A DNA stretch of 64,000 bases, from the NCBI GenBank assembly GCA_028818775.1, contig JAPPNE010000052.1, positions 66,697-130,696 of the forward strand, in the 5' to 3' direction. The notes under the pieces were generated by a model. The model worked only from the letters and a program-made list of their open reading frames with translations. It was not told the DNA's origin and made no database searches. The DNA comes from Deltaproteobacteria bacterium. GTDB lineage: Bacteria; Desulfobacterota; Binatia; UBA9968; JAJDTQ01. Shown one piece after another: positions 8,769 through 20,556 of this stretch; positions within the stretch are counted from its first letter, which is position 1; every line of letters starts with the position of its first letter. Made by a program: the position numbers and the translations under genes.

Positions 8769-10041
8769 TGAACACTCCCTTCAACCGTCCCAGTATACGA
8801 TCCAGCATGATGGCGGAGGCGGCTCGTACGGAAAGATGATTGTAGTCGTCCCGGCCCGCGACGGGCTCGAGGATCAGGTCCGAACGGGCAAAGACGGCAT
8901 CCGCCAGCCCCCAGCCCGTTCCCAGCAGGATCATGCAAGGGACATCGTCCATTATTAGCATTTCCCGCATTTTTCCAAAAGTTGTGCGTTCCCTGCCGGC
9001 GACGGGCCGCGCCGAGGTCGCCACCAGCCGGGGGGCGGTGCCGCATTCCGCCCGCACTTGCGCCACCGCGTCGTCCAGGGTGTCGCACACTCGCGCCAGG
9101 GAGAGCGCTTCCCTGCGCGTGCTGTTGTAGGCGCCGCCGTAGCCGCGCTCCCAGTGGTCGATGATCCTGGCGGCCAGCAACTGGAGCGTCTTCACCGGGT
9201 TCACGACGTAGAAGGCCTTCACACCGTAGGTGCGGCAGGTGCGGGCGATGTCGTGGATGTCCAGGTTGGTGATGGACGAGGTCACCGTGTCGCCGCGGCG
9301 GTCGGACACGGGGTGGTGCAGCAGCGCCACGTAGACGTCCGCCAGGGGTATCCCGGCCGCCGCCGGGGCCTTCGCCAGCAGGTCCGGCCGCGTCCGCGCG
9401 GTGGTTTCCACGCTCATGCGACGGCGCCAGCGCCGGATCATCTCGTGGTCCCCCGAGAGCAGCACCTCCGGCACCTTCATGCCCCGGTACTCCGCGGGGC
9501 GGGTGTACTGCGGATACTCCAGAAGCCCCTCGACAAAGGAGTCGTCGCGCGCGGACTCCTCGTTCCCCAGCACGCCCGGAACCAGCCGCGTGACCGCGTC
9601 GATGACGGCCAGGGCGGGGATCTCGCCGCCGCTCAAGGTGTAGTCGCCGATGGACACCATGTCGTCGGTGTAGGCCCTCACTCTCTCGTCAAACCCCTCG
9701 TAGCGGCCGCAAACCAGGATCACCTCCCGGTCTTCCAGGAGTCGCGCGGCGGCGGCCTGGTCGAAGACGCGTCCGCGCGGGGAAAGCAGCACCACCCGGG
9801 GCTTCTTCAGCCGGCTGCGGCAGTCCTCGATGGCCTCGATGACTGGCTCTGGCTTGAGCACCATGCCTTGGCCGCCGCCGTAGGGGTAGTCGTCGGTGAC
9901 CCGGTGGCGGTCTCGTGCGTATTGGCGCAGGTCCACCAGGTCGATGGACACGAGGTTCTTTTCCCGAGCCCGCTTCAGGATGCTGTGCGCCAGAGGCGAC
10001 TCGAAGATGCCCGGGAAGAGCGTGATGACGGAGAAATGCAT
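8755..10041 (-). CDS. trmD: tRNA (guanine37-N1)-methyltransferase TrmD fused to a C-terminal SpoU/TrmH-like SPOUT domain
   Basis: The N-terminal ~240 aa is canonical TrmD ([17 protein letters not shown]…[13 protein letters not shown]…[10 protein letters not shown]…[28 protein letters not shown]). The C-terminal ~185 aa carries the three SPOUT motifs ([16 protein letters not shown]; [11 protein letters not shown]; [19 protein letters not shown]). A single uninterrupted frame of 428 aa covers both. Confidence 0.75.
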   Translation of the reverse strand: MHFSVITLFPGIFESPLAHSILKRAREKNLVSIDLVDLRQYARDRHRVTDDYPYGGGQGMVLKPEPVIEAIEDCRSRLKKPRVVLLSPRGRVFDQAAAARLLEDREVILVCGRYEGFDERVRAYTDDMVSIGDYTLSGGEIPALAVIDAVTRLVPGVLGNEESARDDSFVEGLLEYPQYTRPAEYRGMKVPEVLLSGDHEMIRRWRRRMSVETTARTRPDLLAKAPAAAGIPLADVYVALLHHPVSDRRGDTVTSSITNLDIHDIARTCRTYGVKAFYVVNPVKTLQLLAARIIDHWERGYGGAYNSTRREALSLARVCDTLDDAVAQVRAECGTAPRLVATSARPVAGRERTTFGKMREMLIMDDVPCMILLGTGWGLADAVFARSDLILEPVAGRDDYNHLSVRAASAIMLDRILGRLKGVFNERH

Positions 10042-10080
10042 GGGAATGTTTCCTCGCCCGCCCGCTTCATGCGTGGACGG

Positions 10081-10593
10081 TCAGAGGTCCAGGAGCCCGT
10101 CGGGCGGGTCGATGGTGATGGTTCTTTCGACGACGTCGATTTGCCTGATCACCTCCCGCACCGCGGGAACGAGATGTTCCCGCTCGGCGCCGGCCACCAC
10201 CAGCAGGTCGCCGCCCTGCTTCGCCCATATCCGGGATACCGTGCCGACGCGTTCGCCGCCGGCGTCCCGCACCTCGAAACCCACCACTTCCGCGTAGTAA
10301 TACTCGGACGAGCCGAGCGGAGCGAGCCGTTCGCCGGGCACCGACAGCCGGTACCCCACCAGTTCTCGGGCCGCGTCCATGTCGTCGATGCCCCGGAGCT
10401 TCACGAGCGCGAACCCCCGGTGGGGCTTGGCCTGCTCCACGTCAACGGTGAGCCGGCCCTCCCCGCGCGTCAACTCCGCCCGTGCGCTCGAATAGAGCGT
10501 ACGGCCCTCGGGGTTGAACAGCCGCAGGCGCACCCAGCCGGCCACGCCGTGCGTGGCCACGATGTCGCCCAGGGCGATCTGCTGAATGGACAA
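10081..10593 (-). CDS. rimM: Ribosome maturation factor RimM
   Basis: The 170-aa RimM/PRC-barrel pattern is present (IALGDIVATHGVAGWVRLRLFNPE…YYAEVVGFEV…LVPAVREVIRQIDVVERTITIDPPDGLLDL). It sits in the conserved rpsP-rimM-trmD-rplS context. Confidence 0.85.
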   Translation of the reverse strand: MSIQQIALGDIVATHGVAGWVRLRLFNPEGRTLYSSARAELTRGEGRLTVDVEQAKPHRGFALVKLRGIDDMDAARELVGYRLSVPGERLAPLGSSEYYYAEVVGFEVRDAGGERVGTVSRIWAKQGGDLLVVAGAEREHLVPAVREVIRQIDVVERTITIDPPDGLLDL

Positions 10594-10607
10594 AGGGAAG
10601 GGGACGG

Positions 10608-10844
10608 CTACTGCTCGTCGACGATCTCGAGAACGACCTTCCGGTGCGTCCGCGCGGCCGCGGCGTTCAGTATCGTTCGGAGGGACTTGGCGGTGCGGCC
10701 CTGTTTGCCTATGACTCGCCCCAAGTCTTCCTTCGCGACCTTGAGCTCCAGCACGGAGGCATCGTCTTCCTGCGTCTCCGTGACTTCCACGGCCTCGGGG
10801 CGGTTCACGATGGACTCCGCCAGATACTGTACCAGTTCCTTCAA
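10608..10844 (-). CDS. khpA: KH-domain RNA-binding protein (KhpA/YlqC-like)
   Basis: From the TTG at 10844 the peptide reads MKELVQYLAESIVNRPEAVEV…VIGKQGRTAKSLRTILNAAA…VVLEIVD, with an AGGAGA 8 nt upstream. The table ORF (10608-10889) probably over-extends at the 5' end. Confidence 0.7.
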   Translation of the reverse strand: MKELVQYLAESIVNRPEAVEVTETQEDDASVLELKVAKEDLGRVIGKQGRTAKSLRTILNAAAARTHRKVVLEIVDEQ

Positions 10845-10907
10845 GAAGCCTGTCTCCTGGAGCGTGGACGTTGGCGGGGCCGTGGGCAAGCGTTGTCCGG
10901 GACGGGC

Positions 10908-11516
10908 CTATTCCTTCGGCGCCTCCGCGGTTTCCGCTTCGGGCGGGGTTTCCGCTTCGGCCGGAGTCTCCGTTTCGGTGGGGTTCTCCGCCGGAGCGAC
11001 GTCTTCCGCCTGGGTCGCGCTGTCCGCGGGGGCCACGGTCTCGGCTACGGTCGGGCTGTCCGCCGGGGTCACCTCTGCCGCTTCAGCCGTGCTCTCCGCC
11101 GGGGCTACGCTCTCCGTCGCGGCCGGACTCTCCGTTTCGGTCGAGCTATCCGCCGCCACGTCCTCCGCCGTCACGGCCACGTCTTCCGTCACCGCCGGGA
11201 TTTCGGCGACCGCCGCGCTTTCCGCCGCCTCCGCGCGCCCGGCTGCGGCCTCGGCAGTCTCCGCGACCGCGCCTGTTTCCTTGGCCGCCCGCTTTATGAG
11301 GTTTCGCACCGTCTGGGTCGGCTGCGCTCCCTTCCTGATCCAGTCACCGACCTTGGCCTGGTCCAGTTTCAGGGTGGCCGCCGGAGTCCGCGGGTCGTAG
11401 GTGCCCACCTGCTCGATGAATCTTCCGTCGCGCGGGTCGCGCGCGTCCGCCACCACGATGCGGTAGTAAGGCCGCTTCTTCGCGCCGTGCCGGCTGAGTC
11501 TGATCTTTACGCTCAT
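10908..11516 (-). CDS. rpsP: 30S ribosomal protein S16 with a ~120-aa Ala/Glu/Thr-rich C-terminal low-complexity extension
   Basis: [42 protein letters not shown] is canonical S16, with a GAGGA RBS 10 nt upstream of ATG 11516. The tail is ~120 aa of [21 protein letters not shown]…[23 protein letters not shown]. Confidence 0.85.
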   Translation of the reverse strand: MSVKIRLSRHGAKKRPYYRIVVADARDPRDGRFIEQVGTYDPRTPAATLKLDQAKVGDWIRKGAQPTQTVRNLIKRAAKETGAVAETAEAAAGRAEAAESAAVAEIPAVTEDVAVTAEDVAADSSTETESPAATESVAPAESTAEAAEVTPADSPTVAETVAPADSATQAEDVAPAENPTETETPAEAETPPEAETAEAPKE

Positions 11517-11565
11517 ACGGTTTTCTTCCTCACGGTCCTTTCTGCAAACCAACCTTTTTAGTTCA

Positions 11566-12909
<1,344 letters not shown>

Positions 12910-13030
12910 GGTTACCTTGATCGCTTCAATATGCCAGTTTCGTGGTGCAGGTCAAATCTTCCAGCACCTGAGGTGGTGCACGAGATTACGGGGCCGGGAA
13001 TAGCCGCGCACCAGATTCACCGGTCGTGAA

Positions 13031-13417
13031 TCATGGGTGCCTCCTTGACAAGGGGTAATGGCGAAAGGCTCCCGCGTTATCGAATTCAAGGACATGGTTG
13101 ACCATGGCGTCCATGGGGTTCCCCATGTCTTCGAGATACTCGATTGCCGCATGAAGAAGGGCGACGGAGCGTTGTCGGCCGACACAAGGCAAGACAATGA
13201 GTCCTGGGTGGATGTCTTCGGTTTGGATTAGTGTGCGAAAATCGCGTGCATTAGCCGTAACGATTACCAGTTCTTGAGCGATGCATCGTTCCAACACACG
13301 GTGGTCGGGCACTCCACGGCCACCGAAGTCCAAGGGGTGCTGAGCGACGTGTTTGCCGCTCTGATTCAAGATGCGGGCAAGCCGTGGCGACAGGCATTCG
13401 TCAATGAACAGGCGCAT
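13031..13417 (-). CDS. DUF5615-family PIN-like putative toxin
   Basis: MRLFIDECLSPRLARIL…LVIVTANARDF is the DUF5615 N-terminus. It lies immediately downstream of a DUF433 gene with an 18-bp gap. Confidence 0.6.
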   Translation of the reverse strand: MRLFIDECLSPRLARILNQSGKHVAQHPLDFGGRGVPDHRVLERCIAQELVIVTANARDFRTLIQTEDIHPGLIVLPCVGRQRSVALLHAAIEYLEDMGNPMDAMVNHVLEFDNAGAFRHYPLSRRHP

Positions 13418-13435
13418 GGAACGTGACGGCTTTCG

Positions 13436-14026
13436 TCACGGCACGTTGCGCCATGGACGTCCGCTCGGTCGGCCTCGCAGGGGATGTGCCCGAGCAAAGA
13501 TGGCCGCCGCTTCAAAAGCTTCGCGAGGGATATCGGGGTTGTCCGCCATGAGATCGTCGATGCTGTCACCGTCCTGCAAACGTCCCAGCACCGAGTAGAC
13601 GGTCATCCGCGTCCCCCGTATCACGGGGGTGCCGCCGAGGATGTCCGGATCGGACACGATGTGAGCGTCACGCGATTCCTTGTAGCGCAACGCCGTCTGG
13701 AAAGGTCCGCCCGCCAGTTCGTCCAAGTGCACGAAGGTCCCGGGCGAAAACTCGATTGCCGTGAGAGCCAGGGGCTCGAGGCGGGCGAGCTTGGCCCAAA
13801 GCGCCTTTTTGTGACGTATCGGGAGATCCACGAGGTTTGCTTGCTTTAACGCTGCAAAGTACGCTACCGCGGACAATGGCAGATAGCGTGTCGCACCTCC
13901 GCGCAAGCGTGCGGGACCGTTGAAGGTTTGGATAATGTCCGCCTCCACAGCCTTTTCCACGGTTGTTCTCGTGACGCCGGCCAGTTCAGCCGCTTCGCGA
14001 ATGGTGATATCAGGTGCTGCCGACAT
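13436..14026 (-). CDS. DUF433-domain protein with N-terminal HTH (putative antitoxin partner of DUF5615)
   Basis: The C-terminal DPDILGGTPVIRGTRMTVYSVLGRLQDGDSIDDLMADNPDIPREAFEAAAIFA is the DUF433 signature. An N-terminal HTH (ITIREAAELAGVTRTTVEKA) precedes it. Confidence 0.6.
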   Translation of the reverse strand: MSAAPDITIREAAELAGVTRTTVEKAVEADIIQTFNGPARLRGGATRYLPLSAVAYFAALKQANLVDLPIRHKKALWAKLARLEPLALTAIEFSPGTFVHLDELAGGPFQTALRYKESRDAHIVSDPDILGGTPVIRGTRMTVYSVLGRLQDGDSIDDLMADNPDIPREAFEAAAIFARAHPLRGRPSGRPWRNVP

Positions 14027-14123
14027 AATTCGATCCCCTTTAGGGATTAATTATAAGCCAACGGTATACGCGTTTCAAGGTGGTTCCGGTGCACAAGGGT
14101 CTCCACGCTTTGTCAGCACGTGC

Positions 14124-14165
14124 ACAGAAAAGGGCCTGGAGCCTCTCTACGGAGACTCCAGGCCC
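14124..14165 (-). terminator. Rho-independent terminator downstream of groEL
   Basis: A GC-rich hairpin (GGGCCTGGAG…CTCCAGGCCC) at 14132-14165 is followed, on the minus strand, by a U-run from plus AGAAAA at 14126-14131. It sits directly after the groEL stop at 14188. Confidence 0.6.
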
Positions 14166-14187
14166 TTGAATTGCCGCAACGGCAGGG

Positions 14188-16180
<1,993 letters not shown>

Positions 16181-16264
16181 GTTCGCTCCTCCTTTTTCAA
16201 GTATCGCCTGCGAGATTTTCGATACACCCGATACACTGATAGACGCGCACCACGAGGTGCGGCG

Positions 16265-16300
16265 GTAAATCTAAGCACGGTCCCGGCACTGTCAAGGGGT
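16265..16300 (-). promoter_or_regulatory. Candidate sigma70-like promoter for groESL
   Basis: On the minus strand, TTGACA (plus 16291-16296) is followed by a 17-nt spacer and TAGATT (plus 16268-16273). No CIRCE inverted repeat was recognised. Confidence 0.3.
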
Positions 16301-16415
16301 GTGGATAACTTTTGTCGGAAAACGGACGTCGCCGCGGTTCCGGCGGCGCCTTTCCGCTGTTTGCCGTACCCACGGAAACTTGACAGAATGGCGTGCAACA
16401 TCCTGTAAAGACGCC

Positions 16416-17342
16416 ATGAAACTCCTCAAACCGCCGCCCCTCAGGCCCGGTGACACCATCGGGGTCATCGCCCCGGCCGGAGCCGTGTACGGGGACCTCC
16501 TTGCCAAGGGCGTCCGCGCGTTGGAGGCGCGCGGATTCCGCGTGCTCCTCGCCGAGGGAATCCTCGCGCGCAAGGGCTACCTGGCCGGGAGCGAGCGGCA
16601 GCGCGCGGAAACGCTGGAACGCTTCTTCCTGCGGGACGACATCGCGGCCATCTTCTGCGCCCGCGGAGGGTTCGGTTCGATCCAGCTTCTTCCGGCTCTC
16701 GACGCCGGGCTCATTCGCACCCATCCGAAGATATTCGTCGGATTCAGCGACGTTACGGCCCTGCTCAACTGGATGTCGCAGAGCTGCGGGATCGTCGCCT
16801 TCCACGGGCCCATGGTTGCCGTCGAGTTCGCCGGGGAGCTCGAAGGCGGAGTCACCAGCGGGTTCTGGGACGCGCTCACCGGGAAGCGGCGGATCTGGCA
16901 GATCAAGGGCACCGGCGTGCTCCGCGGCGGCAACGGTCCGGCGCGGGGACCGTTGGCCGGCGGGTGCCTCTCGGTGCTGGTGACCACCCTGGGGACGCCT
17001 TACGAGATCGATACCGCGGGAAAGATCGTTTTCCTGGAGGACGTGGGCGAGCGCCCCTACCGTATCGAACGCATGCTGACTCACCTGCGCATGGCCGGGA
17101 AGCTCGACGGTGTCGCGGGCGTGGTGACCGGCGCTTTCAACGACTGCGAGACCGGCGCCGACCGGGACGTCACCGAAGTTCTCACCGAAGTCTTCGCCGG
17201 AGCCCCCTACCCGGTGGTGACGGGTCTGCCCTGCGGCCACGCCACCCCGAACACCCTGCTTCCCATCGGGCTCGACGCCGAGCTGGACGGCCGCAACGGC
17301 GTGCTGATGCTGGTGGAGCCGGCGACCCAGGCGGCGTGTTGA
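16416..17342 (+). CDS. ldcA: LD-carboxypeptidase (peptidase S66)
   Basis: From ATG 16416: MKLLKPPPLRPGDTIGVIAPAG…AIFCARGGFGSIQLL…FVGFSDVTALL is the S66 pattern. The table ORF (from 16299) over-extends at the 5' end. Confidence 0.75.
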   Translation: MKLLKPPPLRPGDTIGVIAPAGAVYGDLLAKGVRALEARGFRVLLAEGILARKGYLAGSERQRAETLERFFLRDDIAAIFCARGGFGSIQLLPALDAGLIRTHPKIFVGFSDVTALLNWMSQSCGIVAFHGPMVAVEFAGELEGGVTSGFWDALTGKRRIWQIKGTGVLRGGNGPARGPLAGGCLSVLVTTLGTPYEIDTAGKIVFLEDVGERPYRIERMLTHLRMAGKLDGVAGVVTGAFNDCETGADRDVTEVLTEVFAGAPYPVVTGLPCGHATPNTLLPIGLDAELDGRNGVLMLVEPATQAAC

Positions 17343-18637
17343 TGCCGGCGGCGCGCCACGTCCAGCCCGAGGACGGCGCGCGGGTCTGGCGCGCACTGGA
17401 CCAGACCGGCCGGCGCGGCGTGTCGGAGGGTGTTGCGCCCGGCATGGTCATCCTGGTAGGCAACAGCCGGGAAGTCCTCTTTCACCGCGCCTACGGCAGC
17501 CGGGCGCTGGTCCCCACTCGCCTCCCGATGCTGCCCGACACCGTGTTCGACGTAGCCTCCCTCACGAAACCCATCGCCGCCACCACCGCCATGATGCTGC
17601 TGGCGCGGGACGGAAGGGTGGGTCTCGACGACCCGGTGAGCGCCGTCGTTCCCGAATTCAGCGAAGGCCCCAAGTCCGCGGTAACGTTCCGCCAACTCCT
17701 GAACCACACCTCGGGCCTGCCGGCGTGGAAACCGTACTACGAGACCTCCATCCCACTCTCCGTCATTCCTGCGAAACAGGCCGTGTCAAAACTCGTGAGG
17801 CAGGGACCCTACGGATCGTCATTCCCGCGAAAGCGGGAATCCATGGGCGGTGGTGGGGCATTGCAGTGGCGTTTCCCCGCCTCGCCACCCCTGGATTCCC
17901 GCTTTCGCGGGAATGACGGAGAGGGTCGCGGCCGCATTTTTGCGCGAGTCCATGCGGAGCCGCTGGCGGCCGCCCCGGGGGAGCAGGTCTGTTACAGCGA
18001 CCTTGGGTTCATCCTCCTGGGAGAGGCCGTCGAGAGGCTCACCGGGAGACGGCTGGACCGGTTCTGCCACGAAGAAATCTTTACGGCCCTTGGGCTCTCG
18101 TCGACGTTCTTCGTGGACCTGAGCCCGTCTTCATGCGGGCCGCGGGCTGCTCTCGTCCATACCCTGGCCGCCACCGAAGACTGCCCCTGGCGCGGGAAGA
18201 TCCTCTGCGGCGAGGTCCACGACGACAACGCCTTTGCCATGGGCGGGGTGGCCGGCCACGCCGGACTGTTCTCGTCGGCGCCGGATATCCACCGTTTCCT
18301 GCGCTTTCTCGGACACTGCCGTGACGACGCCGAGCCGGACTTCCTGCCTAGCGCCATCGTGCGCAAGTTCCTTGAGGCGGAGCGACCCATCACCGGTCAG
18401 ACCCACGTGCTTGGCTGGGATACGCCTTCACCCGAGGGTTCATCCAGCGGCCGCCACTTTTCTCCCAAGACCGTCGGCCACCTCGGTTTCACCGGCACCT
18501 CCATCTGGTGGGACCTGGAGCGGGACGTGCACGTCGTCCTCCTCACCAACCGCGTGCACCCGTCGCGCGACAACGACGTCATCCGGGAGTTCCGTCCGCG
18601 CGTGCACGACGCGGCCATGGACGCGCTGTTTTCATGA
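17342..18637 (+). CDS. Serine hydrolase of the beta-lactamase/PBP (AmpH-like) family carrying an in-frame MITE insertion
   Basis: ATG 17342 overlaps the ldcA TGA (ATGA). The SxxK motif (DVASLTKPIAATTAMML), a downstream YSD and LGWDT…GHLGFTGTSIWWD are present. The segment 17761-17922 encodes the repeat-derived SVIPAKQAV…SSFPRKRESMGGGGALQWRFPASPPLDSRFRGNDGEG in frame. Confidence 0.7.
   Translation: MPAARHVQPEDGARVWRALDQTGRRGVSEGVAPGMVILVGNSREVLFHRAYGSRALVPTRLPMLPDTVFDVASLTKPIAATTAMMLLARDGRVGLDDPVSAVVPEFSEGPKSAVTFRQLLNHTSGLPAWKPYYETSIPLSVIPAKQAVSKLVRQGPYGSSFPRKRESMGGGGALQWRFPASPPLDSRFRGNDGEGRGRIFARVHAEPLAAAPGEQVCYSDLGFILLGEAVERLTGRRLDRFCHEEIFTALGLSSTFFVDLSPSSCGPRAALVHTLAATEDCPWRGKILCGEVHDDNAFAMGGVAGHAGLFSSAPDIHRFLRFLGHCRDDAEPDFLPSAIVRKFLEAERPITGQTHVLGWDTPSPEGSSSGRHFSPKTVGHLGFTGTSIWWDLERDVHVVLLTNRVHPSRDNDVIREFRPRVHDAAMDALFS
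17817..17918. mobile_element. ~102-bp palindromic MITE-like element within the serine hydrolase gene
   Basis: Two 26-bp termini in inverted orientation (17817-17842 and 17893-17918) flank a 50-bp G-rich core. A degenerate half-unit lies at 17761-17785. The inserted length, whether taken as 102 bp (17817-17918) or as 162 bp (17761-17922), is a multiple of three, so the host frame is kept. Confidence 0.75.
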
Positions 18638-20067
18638 TTCCCCGCCTGAGCCCCGGAGCGCACGTTCATTTCGTCGCCGTCTGCGGCGTCGGTACCGGTT
18701 CCCTGGCCGGCCTGCTGCACGAGCGGGGCTACCGCGTCACCGGCTCGGACGAGAACGTCTACCCGCCCATGAGCACGTTCCTGGCAGGCATCGGCATCGA
18801 CATCCTGCCCGGTTTCAGCGAGGCCCATGTCGCCCGGCGTCCCGACCTGGTGGTCATCGGCAACGCGGTGTCCCGGGGCAATCCCGAGGCGGAGGCGGTC
18901 CTGCGCCAGGGCATCCCCTACGTGTCCCTGCCCCAGGCCCTGGGCCGGTTCCTCGTCGACGGCAAGCGTTCGGTGGTGGTGGCCGGCACCCACGGCAAGA
19001 CCACCACCACTTCGTTGATGTCCTGGGTGCTGGTGGCCGCCGGGTTGGACCCGAGCTTCTTCATCGGCGGAATCCCGGTGAACTTCGCCAGCGGCTTCCG
19101 CTCCGGCGACGGGTCCTGGGTGGTGATGGAGGGCGACGAGTACGACAGCGCCTTCTTCGACAAGGGGCCCAAGTTCCTTCACTACCAGCCGGAACGGGTG
19201 ATCCTCACGAGCCTCGAGTTCGACCACGCGGACATCTACCGGGACCTCGATCACGTGAAGGAAGCCTTCCGCCGCCTGGTGGCGATCATCCCCGCGGGCG
19301 GCAGCCTGCTCGTGTGCGACGACGCCGTCCATGCCCGGGAACTCGTGCGCGACGCGGCCTGCCCGGTTCTCTCCTATGGGCTGAGCGGAGCCGCGGACTG
19401 GCAGGCGCGCGACGTCCGGACGGAACGGGGCCGCACGGTGTTCACGCCGTGCTACAAGGGCGATGCCGAAGGTCCGGTGGAGCTGCCCCTCATCGGGCGC
19501 CACAACGCCAAGAACGCGCTGGCGGTCTACGCCACGGCGCGCGAGATCGGCTTGAGCGCGTCCGGCATCCGCTCCGCCTTGGCGTCCTTCCAGGGGGTGC
19601 GGCGGCGGCAGGAGATCGCCGGCGAGGCGGCCGGGGTCCTGGTCATCGACGACTTCGCGCACCATCCCACCGCGGTGGCCGACACCATCGCCGCGGTGCG
19701 GGAGGCATGGCCGGGACGCCGGCTCTGGGCGGTGTTCGAACCCCGCAGCCAGACCAGCCGGCGCCGCGTTTTCCTGGAAGAGTTCGCGGAGGCGCTGGCC
19801 CGGGCCGACCGCGTCCTCCTGCCCGACCTCTACCATCCGGAGAAGATCCCGGAAGACCAGCGGCTCTCGCCCGCGGAACTCGTGGACGGCATCAACCGCC
19901 GCCACGGGGACGAAGCGGCCTCCTACCTGCCGGGCGTCGACGACATCGCGGCCGCGATGGTCCGCGATGCAACCGCGGGCGACGTCGTGCTGGTAATGTC
20001 CAACGGCGGCTTCGGGGGTCTTCCCGCGAAGGTCGTTGCGGGCTTGCGTGGGCGGGAATCCGGCTGA
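18634..20067 (+). CDS. mpl: UDP-N-acetylmuramate:L-alanyl-gamma-D-glutamyl-meso-diaminopimelate ligase
   Basis: ATG 18634 overlaps the upstream TGA (ATGA). VAVCGVGTGSLAGLL…VVAGTHGKTTTTSLM…DEYDSAFFDKGPKFLHY is the Mpl-specific Mur-ligase pattern. Translated length is 477 aa. Confidence 0.8.
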   Translation: MIPRLSPGAHVHFVAVCGVGTGSLAGLLHERGYRVTGSDENVYPPMSTFLAGIGIDILPGFSEAHVARRPDLVVIGNAVSRGNPEAEAVLRQGIPYVSLPQALGRFLVDGKRSVVVAGTHGKTTTTSLMSWVLVAAGLDPSFFIGGIPVNFASGFRSGDGSWVVMEGDEYDSAFFDKGPKFLHYQPERVILTSLEFDHADIYRDLDHVKEAFRRLVAIIPAGGSLLVCDDAVHARELVRDAACPVLSYGLSGAADWQARDVRTERGRTVFTPCYKGDAEGPVELPLIGRHNAKNALAVYATAREIGLSASGIRSALASFQGVRRRQEIAGEAAGVLVIDDFAHHPTAVADTIAAVREAWPGRRLWAVFEPRSQTSRRRVFLEEFAEALARADRVLLPDLYHPEKIPEDQRLSPAELVDGINRRHGDEAASYLPGVDDIAAAMVRDATAGDVVLVMSNGGFGGLPAKVVAGLRGRESG

Positions 20068-20126
20068 CGGGGGCGTGACTGCCGAGCCTTCGCGGAGACC
20101 GCCCGGGCGATAGGCGCGCGCGAATC

Positions 20127-20504
20127 TTGACTTGGCCGGAGGCGTTGTTTAGATTCGGACTTGTGGACAGTCAAGGACAGGCTCTTCGTTTGACCGACGC
20201 CGCAGTCGCGCACGTCAAGAAGATTCGCGAGCGGGAACATCTGGACGGCCGGGGACTGCGGGTGTCCGTCACCCCCGGAGGCTGCTCCGGCTATTCCTAC
20301 AAGCTGGACTTCGACGACGGCCCCAAGCCCGACGACATGGTGCTCGAACTGGACGGCCTGCAGGTCTTCGTGGAGAAGCCCATCCTGCAGCAACTCGAAG
20401 GAACGGTCATCGACTACGTGAGCGAGCTTCAGGGCGCCAGCTTCCGCTTCACCAACCCCAACGCCACCGGCACCTGCGGGTGCGGCACTTCCTTTTCGGC
20501 GTGA
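20127..20504 (+). CDS. iscA: Iron-sulfur cluster insertion protein (HesB/IscA/ErpA family)
   Basis: RVSVTPGGCSGYSYKL…NPNATGTCGCGTSF carries the three conserved Cys. The true start may be the TTG at 20190, giving MTDAAVAHVKK…. Confidence 0.75.
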   Translation: MTWPEALFRFGLVDSQGQALRLTDAAVAHVKKIREREHLDGRGLRVSVTPGGCSGYSYKLDFDDGPKPDDMVLELDGLQVFVEKPILQQLEGTVIDYVSELQGASFRFTNPNATGTCGCGTSFSA

Positions 20505-20556
20505 AGGCCCGGCGCACCTCTTCGGGCCCGGGCATTCGTCTTCCGAGGTCATCACC

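Noticed and set aside
9058-11400. A 780-aa plus-strand ORF across trmD-rimM-KH-rpsP
   Set aside because: It is antisense to the conserved ribosomal operon. Its low-complexity Ala/Ser/Val-rich tail mirrors the rpsP repeat DNA, so it is an artefact.
16181-16300. A CIRCE/HrcA operator (TTAGCACTC-N9-GAGTGCTAA) upstream of groES
   Set aside because: A search by eye found no such inverted repeat. Only a weak sigma70-like -35/-10 pair was seen, so regulation may be sigma32-dependent or the element lies outside my recognition.
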